Source: Botryllus schlosseri (taxonomy: Eukaryota). From it: a DNA stretch of 64,000 bases. The stretch lies in assembly GCA_051294905.1 (NCBI GenBank), contig CM119378.1, positions 4,156,001 to 4,220,000 on the forward strand. The letters are read 5' to 3'. Below are positions 14,801 to 23,600 of the stretch, piece by piece. The notes beneath the pieces are model-generated. The model was not told where the DNA came from and did no database searches. It was given only the letters and a program-made list of their open reading frames with translations. Each line of letters opens with the position of its first letter. The stretch's first letter is position 1. The translations under genes were made by a program, and so were the position numbers.

Positions 14801-15165
14801 TACACTTCCAATTTTTTCTTCCCCATAGAGTGCTTGGCTCAATCGCGAGTGTTATTGTCGGACTTATGTGGTCAGCCACAAGGTTATTTTCATGTCCTGC
14901 ATTCTGGACATGGCTCATGAGTTCACAAGATGCGTAGAAACGATCTAGTCTCCTCGCGTTTTTTCCAGTGACGTAAGTGAATACTTCGGCAAGAGGATGT
15001 TTACTCCTAAACACGTCAATCAGTTCCGCGTCATTAGTTAGCTTTTCAAAGTGTCTCTCGGCGCTTCTGACATGGAGGTTCTGTTTAATTCGAGTGTCTT
15101 TTTTGTCAATAATTAGGTTGAAATCACCACCCATTATAACCGGGACTTCAATTTCATGGATTTCT
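11888..15165 (-). mobile_element. L1/Tx1-clade non-LTR retrotransposon lacking ORF1 and the first half of the endonuclease
   Basis: Long ORF2 with ~400 bp 3' UTR; similarity starts mid-APE domain after an in-frame stop within (TCCTGA)3; 3' boundary approximate, no poly(A) or TSD seen. Confidence 0.88.
12291..15134 (-). CDS. LINE ORF2: partial APE endonuclease, reverse transcriptase, C-terminal CCHC knuckle
   Basis: Uninterrupted 947 aa: GGDFN, RLDRFY, ADH (EN); SPGFDG, WRPISLLNTDYK, KAFDKV, GIRQGCPLS, QFADD (RT); GGIDMPD; CKFC-x8-H-x4-C. Confidence 0.92.
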   Translation of the reverse strand: MGGDFNLIIDKKDTRIKQNLHVRSAERHFEKLTNDAELIDVFRSKHPLAEVFTYVTGKNARRLDRFYASCELMSHVQNAGHENNLVADHISPTITLAIEPSTLWGRKNWKCNNDLLRDDVYRDIISNLISFEENNIQHCHGIQQWWDRLKDRIANISKRYEIDKYKTCDPQITYQRVKGKLRMLTKIDRCEGEPNTTRQFWQELKTRRHKTELKELQLRDGTVTTDRNIIANQIEQFYTELWTRHDGINSYDQDEYLSSYQHDCMHGKDNEQTSVIQSSEILQILKAMNRERSPGFDGLTVEFYLAMWQNIGSRLTEIINNALIYGNIPHSWKRAKIILIHKGKDKKDLANWRPISLLNTDYKIMAKILNNRLVEEISSNINMTQKAGIPGRQMDVIHNNVSAIVNYHQEKPLEGYIMTIDARKAFDKVNHQMLFKVLGKLPVTRETLKVIKAIYDNPIATLEVNGLQAANVNCTRGIRQGCPLSMTLYAISADPLAHKLCTNDNIKGIRIGGIEHKLDQFADDVTLYLRTTDSIATVINEYQSLHRVTGQDINTDKTEILPLNEKSRIKLQKTAHADMLKPVIKILGLYHGESELQMNFDRLWQGVEKSVRHIKSKRLSWIGKIMAIKAYIISKITYTYANKQIPGDKLKQLERLVFGLLWSPEKLEQKSRMQLIRPKPEGGIDMPDIESATQAKRAKRLQQLSRLENPIDIWHAEAIYNLTTKVSDINCNLYNNLYPHRNTLTEEWKKEKEIFDVIKSRSQDIQELSQKEMYKILVKTKTQQGGSRIADWKEIWLYQPNIKDHIDNKKREISYRINTESYFTGSRKTNAGWVRRKDAYLKNKCKFCQHAEDTLRHTFAECATYKKLFSLVIQDLENDLQTTIDATPDEIIRNVYDGPQAPTIIKAFMNVKTLVWEWKNALDIQNEYAQNIDQRIQDIRSKIYRIM

Positions 15166-15174
15166 GATCAGGAT

Positions 15175-15217
15175 CAGGATCAGGATAGCAGCCTAACCAA
15201 CTGAGCTACTCGGACGG
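15175..15217 (-). ncRNA. tRNA-like 5' half (Pol III A box) fused to the LINE 5' junction
   Basis: Minus strand GTCCGAG-TAGCTCAGTTGG-TTAGGCTGCTATC-CT-GAT: perfect A box and tRNA-like spacing to CT-GAT; D stem pairs poorly, no B box or 3' half. Confidence 0.5.
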
Positions 15218-17035
15218 CTCAGACGAGACAGGTGACGATGGTATTCAAACAAGTCTACGCGATTTCTCAAAAGTGAAAGAGAAATTAGTTTTTCGTTTTC
15301 ACGTGACGTGATACATAATCCTTCCCATAGTGAATGACCACGTGGTTGTCTTACACATCAATTTCGGCATTCAAACAAGACATTACTGATCTCGATACAT
15401 TTACGCAGTCGTGCGTACCGCGACTGGAAAGTCTTTGTTGTTATAAGCATTACTCACGGCCGCCGCTGATTACGTCATCGCGATAGAGGCAACGCGCCTT
15501 GTAATTCGTGTTTATTTGGCTTTGCCTGGTCCAGTTATATAAGTCCAAATCCATGTTACTGATCTTATAGATACTATTGATCGTACATAACTAACAAAAT
15601 GTCCATTTTGCAACTGCACAAGGCCATCGTAAGTAAATATATTGCCTTGTTTGACACTTCTCATAGGCGCGCGATTTCTCTTGTTGTTTCATTTCATATC
15701 AATTTGAAACGTGTTCTACGCATCGAATGTCCGATACAGGTTCGTCAGTATATTGGCATATGATCAACATCTATTCATTGAAGTCTACAGTAACTTCGTA
15801 TAACATATAAAACGGATGATTCAACTGTCTGTATGATATTGTTATTACAGGCGCGAGTACCGTACTCGCGTAACTTACACAACACACTCATGTCTCACAG
15901 TGTTTAGCACTGGCGTCGTGTAACTTATATAAGACCAACCTTCGTGATACTGATCTTGTTGAAGTGTTATGGACTGCATCTAACTATGTGTGTGACATTC
16001 AACTGTATAAGACAATCGTAAGTGAATGTATATGGCCTTATGCGGCAAGGCTCATACGTGCGCGGCATTTTTCACGTAACAGAATATTGCTATATTTCAC
16101 ACCAATTTGAAGCGTGTTCTATCCAACTAATTCCCGATAATATGGTTGCAATGAACTCTTGCGATCAACAACTACTCTAAAACGACAACTGTGTCTGCTT
16201 ACGACGTGTAGAAAAGAAGATATAAGGAATTATAAGATTAGCGTTCATTCAGGCGAACTGAGCTACACATTGAATTTTGCGGGAAACTTTTTTCTGTATT
16301 CAATCTGCATTTTGAACAGGATATGCCATAAGGCAATGGGCTATATATAGCTGGGCGTATGCGTATCGACAATCGCTATTTATAGACGATCATTGTAACC
16401 GTTTATGACCCCTACAACGCGAGATGTCGTTAATTGATTGAAGCGTGTTTGTGAAAAACTGTGCATGGATCCTCTAGGATCCACCCGCGTCGAAAGGGTT
16501 AAACACGCGAAGCCGTGAAGAAAAATTTCGCATCTATTTTAGTTTATGTACGACGATTTACTGAAAATGTGACTGGACCCTGGATCTGCCAATGCGTCGG
16601 AACTGATATTTTAGTCATCAACATCCCAAGTGTCGCAGCCATAGAATTGTAATTTTTGGTTGGCATTGCAAGTTCACAATCTGAGCAATTCCTTTTCCAT
16701 AATATAACAGGATATTACCTCGCGGGCCACGCAAAACCCTCTCGCGGGCCACATTTGCGGGCTACCCCTGATATAGACAGGACCATTCGATAATTTCAGA
16801 GCCGGAGCCGGAGCAGTGGTTATAATGCGGCTCCGGAGCTAATGTATGATAAAAGAGAGCTCCGGAGCTGGAGCAGTTTAAATTTACGGCTGCTCCAAAG
16901 CCCTGGCACGACTGCGCATCACAACTGAGATTCTAGATTGGCGATTACCGGTAGCTGTTCAGGTTCAGTAACTCAGTCATGATAGGCCGAGGCTTGATTT
17001 AAAAGATTTCAAACTAGAGTATCATAATCAACTCC

Positions 17036-17400
17036 GTGGCAAAATAGCTTAGTGGTAGCCAATCTTTCCTCTAATTTTTGACGAGTCTGCGCACACTCAG
17101 TAACTTACTGCACAGATTCTTGGACAACAGTGCGTAACGACCTAAAAAAGACCATCACTTCGGATTTTTTGTGCGCAGAGCCCGTGTCAGCACTGCGCAC
17201 GTGCGCTTGCGCAGCTTAGAGGGAACATTGGTGGTAGCCTACGTTCCACAGCTGCAACACCAACGGGATGCGAGTCCGACTTCAGAATTCCCACCTCTAA
17301 GTGTTGGAAGTTTATCTAGGCTCCTCGCCATGTGATTTTCGTAAACGGTGATTAATAAAAGCCTAGAAGTGGGCCGTGCTACAAGTCGGTAAATAAGAAA
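17036..17400 (+). mobile_element. Probable tRNA-derived SINE interrupted by a MITE
   Basis: A-box-like TAGCTTAGTGG and, after removing the MITE, B-box-like GGATGCGAGTCC at tRNA-like spacing; 3' end approximate. Confidence 0.4.
17060..17230. mobile_element. Small hAT MITE
   Basis: Termini CAATCTTTCCTCTAA/TTAGAGGGAACATTG; perfect TSD GTGGTAGC (17052-17059, 17231-17238). Confidence 0.85.
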
Positions 17401-17650
17401 TCACAATGAAGAACATAGGCCTATGGTGTAAAATTACCAATGCAGTCGAAACGCCATGAATATCAGAAAACGCCTCCGTCTCAACGTACCTACAATGCAC
17501 CAATGCGTGACGAACGCTGGACCGGTAGTAAGTGGTCATTTTTTACTTCAGCAACAATTGAACGATAAAACAATTGGAACATACAATATGACAATTGAAT
17601 GATTGGAATTTGCTAGGCTACTGCCACTAAAAACGTGGCAAAACACATAG

Positions 17651-20600
17651 CTAGATAAGACTGCACTTGGACGACGAAACGTTGAGAGACTTGTGACGGT
17701 ATTGGTCGTATTCCGATTTTAAGTCGTTCAACAGTTGCTCCTTTTCCGCCCCCTCCAAAAAGCAAGATCTCGCCGCGTTCATGTTCTGTTGGTAAAAGAC
17801 GGGAGATAAGTATAGGCTGTATCAATGGTGGTCACTGGTCAGTAACGAAGTACATTTACACCCGTGTAACTAGGCGCATGCGTATGTTACTAAACAACGT
17901 TGCAACTTACCAAATCAAGCAAGTCGTTGACTGAAAATCCAACGTCTTCCGTCGCGATGTCGTAGTCGCGTATTATTCCATACGTGTTCGGACCCGGGTC
18001 GTCCGTGTTTAGTCCGAAGTTCATGTTACTGCTCATAAACCTTTCAAATTCGTGAAAATTGTTTTACCTGATGCAACACTATGTTGACTTCTTAGTGTTA
18101 TTATTGTTATTATAAATATGACGGAAAAAGTAGAACTTTCAACCGATGATGGTTTTGGGCGACGCGTTCAGGATAGTTTTTCCTTGCCGTCACTGCCGTC
18201 GAAATGCAGATTTCGTTTCATTTATGGCGTTTTTTTAGTTGTGACTGTAGGACTGATTGCTAAAAAAAGGGGACATTTGGTCGTCCTGGGAGGAGATTTT
18301 CGATTTCTTGAAAAATAAGGACAAATCCTCCTAAAGGAGGACGTATGGTTGCCCCGAATACTTCAATGACTTCTTTACCTCTGAATCAAAAGCGCACAGG
18401 TACAACACACGCGCGTCCACGTCGTCCAAATATCATATGATCGACCGAAAAGATCATCGCTCTATCAAATATGCCGGACCTGATGTGTGGAACAGTATCC
18501 CGCCGGCCATCCGGCAGTCGACGAGCATGTCCACATTCAAGTCGAAATACAAGCAATTACTACTAAATAAATACAGTCCATCCTCATGATTACCGGACCA
18601 CGACTGAGCTATCGATCTCGCTTCCCGTGACATGCCGCCCTATTTCTTGTCGCTTCCTTTTTCTATACTATCTTCTTTACTTTCATTCAGTGTACATGCC
18701 TCCTCTTTACATCGCCTAGGCCAAGGTGGGCGTCCGATTCCATAGACAACTCCTAGTCGCTTCGACATCTTCCTTTCTTTTCATTGTATCGCATTTTTTG
18801 TGGTGTATTGAACTGATAAAATTGCTAATAAACCAATGATGATGATGATGGTAACCCTAAACCTCTCGAATTGTGGACATTATAACTACAGTTGTGTTGG
18901 CTTCGATGAAACATGTCTGAGATATAACCTGCCCCTTTTGGGTGGTTTAACTTACTTTTTCGCGGGATGGGAGCTCCACGGCCCGGTATACGCGGATGTG
19001 AGGTGACTAGACAGTAGACACACCTCAAAATGAGTGTTCTTTTGTTTGGCTAGATTTAGAACATCGTCGTCGTCCACCGTATGGTAACCGTGGCCAATGC
19101 GCTCAACTTCGAGCTTTTCAATCGCCTGAAATAATATACAAGGAACGGGATAATTGCGATCATATCAGAAAGCCAGGTACGGCTCAATTCATATAAGCCT
19201 TTTATTGATATTTTCATCCATTGAAAACACCACAAGATTGCGATACAATGAAATGATTTGAAACGACTTGGCGTATGGTCTTTTAATCAGACACATAGAG
19301 AGAGAGAGTCTTTATTTCCATCCAACAGAAATACATAACAAGCGTACCGAAATACATAACAAACAAGAAATACATATAACCATCTCGACCTGGAGCGTGT
19401 AAAATAATAGGCATGCACACATTGCACAGTGCACACTGCATACTGAATGAATGGTAATAGAAGATAACACATACGGACTGGACAAGCTATGAAAATGAAC
19501 GTGGCATATGTCGATGGCTGACTAGTATTCATTCAGTAGAAACGTCTTGTATTCAGACTTAATTGTGGACATGATGCCTTACGACTGTCGGATAACCATC
19601 GACATACTGTTCCACAGATGCGATCCGGCATACTTGATGGAGCGATTCGTTTTCCTGCAATTCGTGCCGATCATATAGTAGTTGGGCGTAAGTTATGCGT
19701 TTTTAATTCCGACGTGAAGAAATCGTTGAATTTATCGCTGTTCGCGCTGGTCTGACACGGAATAATGCACACTCTGTGTGGAGTTATTTGGCATTGGTAT
19801 GTTCACTTGGAATAGAATACCATGCGTAATCCCTCCGGACCTCGATCTGACATATCGACCTCGCCTATTGACACATGCCTCATTTATTTTCATGGCTTAT
19901 TTTTAATGTTTCCTTTATTTCTTTTCATCCAGTGTGTAAGCCTCTTATTTACATGCTCTGGGCCAAGTTGGGTGTCTGATTGTACGAATACTCCAAATCG
20001 CTTCCACAAGATACAATATTTTCCATTGTATCCCAATCTTGTGATGTTTTGACCTGGTGCTTTGAATTTCCGTAGCAACCTATACTTACAATGACTGTTG
20101 ACTCGTAATTTAAAGAGGCGAGGGCAATCGAAACCTGATCATATCATAACATGAGTGCCTACATGGCGGCGATGTCTTAACTTAGCAGCGCATTGTAATT
20201 ATTACTATTTTGTGCCTTATGCTGAATCATCTCATTACATCCGCGTTTCTCTACGAACCTGTTTGACGCGACTGGCGGGTCCAACTTCGCCGGCATGCGC
20301 TGTTCTGTGAATACCAAGGGAAGCACATCGCTGCAGAAAAGAAAACTGTTTTCACGCTGTACGACGCGATATCCCACCGCATTGCTTGCCCGATAGGTTT
20401 CCTCGACTTCTTGCGAGAACGGATCGTGTTCTGGTCCCGCGACATCGTACCCAACGACTCCCTTTCCTTTGTATTCTTTGCACAGCTCCAGCACGTCGGT
20501 CGCCCAATCTGAAAAAATGCAATAGCTACATCACAAAACATATACAATAGGCAAGCATATAATAGAATAATATACAAAGTGCTTTTGAATTCTCTATCAG

Positions 20601-23600
20601 CTGTTGACGATTACATTTAACGAGTGTCAGTGTCAGGCTGTCAGCCGAATATATTCTGGTTTATTTCGATATGAATATATTATTTAATTGTATATCTAAG
20701 GGATTCACCAAAAATAGATAAATGTTTTGTAGTCAGAGCTGGACAAAGTAGTCTTCGTGTGACGAAAGTAGAACTAGAAGTAACGCCGTAAATTTCAACT
20801 CAATTGCAAGTAGAAGTACTGAGTTCATGTTAAAACTGCTAAAAGTGTAAGCAGAAAATGAAGGTGTGAAAACTACTCAAATAAATTAGGTCGATAGGAC
20901 GCATACATTCAACAGTTAGTAGATGGCTGCTTTCGAGTAGAGGTCGACCGATTATCGACATGGCCGATTATCGAGGCCGATATTTAGAGCTTTCCCGATT
21001 ATCGATATCGGCCTATGGAGGCCGATATCGCGGCCGATATTTTATATTTAAGAAAAATACAAAACTTTCGGAAATTCAATGCTCCGTGTTCTCAATCTCA
21101 AGAAATCGACGACGCAAAGGGCGATATATGACAGATTTACTTACCCTTGCAGGACCAGTTTAGCTGGGTGAGCATGCAGAGAAACTATGCTTCCTACATT
21201 ACAATTTACCTTTTCTGGACTGACCTGCAATTCTGTATCATATTTTGCTTTTTGGGTTATCCCAAATTTCATCGAATGTGTACAATTAAGCAATAATTCT
21301 TTTTCAATTACAGTTTTCTCGTTTGTTGTTCAGCTTTCTGTGGCATGTACAAGTTCCATCTTGCCTAATCTATAATATTTTTGGTGAAATTGTTCTCCGC
21401 TCCTTCCATATTATTATCGGCCTATGATATCGGTATCGGTCTTGTGAGTGAGCCGATATATCGGTATCGGTATCGGCCTGTAAAAATCAATATCGGTCGA
21501 CCTCTACTTTCGAGATTGAGATGCATCTTCGCAACGCAAAATGACGAAATACACCACAAATAGGTGCAGATTTCAAAAATATATTCAGTTACCCTGATAC
21601 AGTGGCTATTTTGACGTCCATTTCATTCGCGAAGTAGACTCAAACATATCCCTAAACTACGTCATAGCTTACTGAATCCAAAGTACGGTTGAATAGTATA
21701 TTCATATTGAAATTAACCCAAGAATTTTCGGCTGACACTCGTCAGGGCTAATCGCCAGCAACTATAGTAGATAATTGGAAAAACATTGTATATCAACACT
21801 CGTATCATAAAATATGACTGCACCGGCATGAAATTTCGAACAATCGGGGCGAACAGAACGTTTAAGTTCAACGTACCATTTTTACACGGTGCACGAATTT
21901 CTTCTGTAGGCACAGACTTGGTTAGCGTCTTTTGATAAAAGTCAACTCCAATACAATGTATGAAAAGTATATGCTATTGCTTACAATGATATTAAGTAGA
22001 AGTGGAAGTGGCGCAGACTAGATGACCTCATGGGGCCGTATCGCAACTCCGTCGCCAAAGCATCTCGATGGTGCAGGCGAGAAAGAATATCATATCTCTC
22101 TCTCTCTCTCTCTCAAACGTAACTACTTGTGTACTACGAAAAAGAAGATGCGATTCGTCGCTGACGACCTCTGGTGGTAAAAAAATATCGAAAGTCATTA
22201 GCAGTCATAAACATGTATGATACATCAAATAGAAATTGCTATGGAATTTGAGTCATAAAATACAGTGAGTCATTAACACGAAAACTGCAATCATATTCAA
22301 TATTTGAAATTGCGACATAATTTATCTCAGGCGGTAATATATTTCAATTGAATAGTATATTCATATGGAAATGACTCCGAATATTTTCGGCTGACACTCG
22401 TCAGGGGTAATCGCCAGCAACTAGTAGAGAATTGGAAAGAACATTGTATATCAACAATCGTATTCGTATCACAAATATGACGTCACCGGCATGAAAATTT
22501 CAAATAAGAGCGCGTTCAATGTTCTATTTTTAGATGGTACACGAACTCCTATTGTTGACACAGCCTTGGCTGGTTTATTTTGATAAAAGTCGACTAGAAG
22601 GCACACAAATGAAAGTGTAAACGGCACCTCACAACGACCCGAAATCTGTCGTCCCGAAAATTGAGAAAATATACGGGTTCATTTCAATATAATATACTAT
22701 TCAAGTGTGTATTGAAGTTATGTACCTCCAAAAAGCTCTTCTAACATATTTCAATCGAAAACTAGTGCTTCCATGTTCAATATTCGCATAGGCGTAGATC
22801 ATCCTAGTTTTCTTCGCTGCAGAATACTTACTATAAACTGTAATGTCGCAAAGTATAGTTCTCGCTGTCATGCCATGTTCTGTAGCCGCCTTTTCCAACG
22901 CATCGTTGACTACATCGACGACGTCTTTCGGTCGCAAGTTTCCGCTGTGAAGAATTTCAAAGTGGAATATAAGTATATACGTTACTTCACAGCGATGATC
23001 CATTTCAGGGATGAGGAACCCACTTGAATGGCCATTGGCCATCGTTGTTACGCTAGTTGAAGTAGAAGTAATTTCTAATGTTTTGGGTGGCGCAAAAATT
23101 CGTTTAGTTTATTATTCCAAATGAAAACGCGTCTTATATTTATCGGGCTGAATAAGCTTACAAGCGGGACTTATGATATTTGCAGAAGTCCAAACGGTTG
23201 CTGTTTGAATGAGTTTCGTTTCCACATTTTCACGACTTATTCAAGAGCGGAACCGACCATTTCAGTTTAGAAAATTTGCTAGCAGCGGTAGTTGCTTTAT
23301 TATAGTGACCTGAATTTGAGATTATGTTTCCGCAGATCGTAATACCAGTAATATTCGTTAAACGTATAGTTAAAGTCAGCCAGTGGTTCCGTCTTCGCGT
23401 AAATAGCTTCAACGTATATCTATTCAACAGATAGATTATTTCAGACAGTAACATACTGAGAATATCGGCATTAGGCCTACTCGCGCGAAAAAGAGTGGCA
23501 AATATCCAACTCATAAAACCATCACCACACTGCAATTGATTCGTCGCAGAGAGCAATCGAGAGCCCTTCATGGTTTGCGGTCGAATGTGAGGCAAAAACA

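Larger units (their letters stand above)
11739..16498. mobile_element. piggyBac-like non-autonomous element (third layer)
   Basis: TTAA|CCCT...AGGG|TTAA ends, imperfect TIR with shared CGCGG; subterminal hairpin TGGATCCTCTAGGATCCA; internal diverged ~390-bp-period direct repeat (about 15530-16180). Confidence 0.6.
11358..16770. mobile_element. Charlie/Buster-like hAT element (second layer)
   Basis: Perfect 8-bp TSD ATATAGAC (11350-11357, 16771-16778); imperfect termini CAGGAATGGCC...GGCTACCCCTG; CGCGGGCC subterminal motifs. Confidence 0.85.
10961..16905. mobile_element. Non-autonomous hAT element (outer layer of the nest)
   Basis: 14-bp TIR CAGGGCTTTGGAGC/GCTCCAAAGCCCTG; perfect 8-bp TSD GCACGACT (10953-10960, 16906-16913); subterminal GGAGCC repeats. 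Confidence 0.92.

Noticed and set aside
12282..15204. Plus-strand ORFs opposite the LINE and minus-strand ORFs opposite the dynamins
   Set aside because: Antisense shadows of long real ORFs.
15175..15217. Functional tRNA-Ile(GAT) gene
   Set aside because: Only a 5' half, poor D stem, no T arm or acceptor partner.
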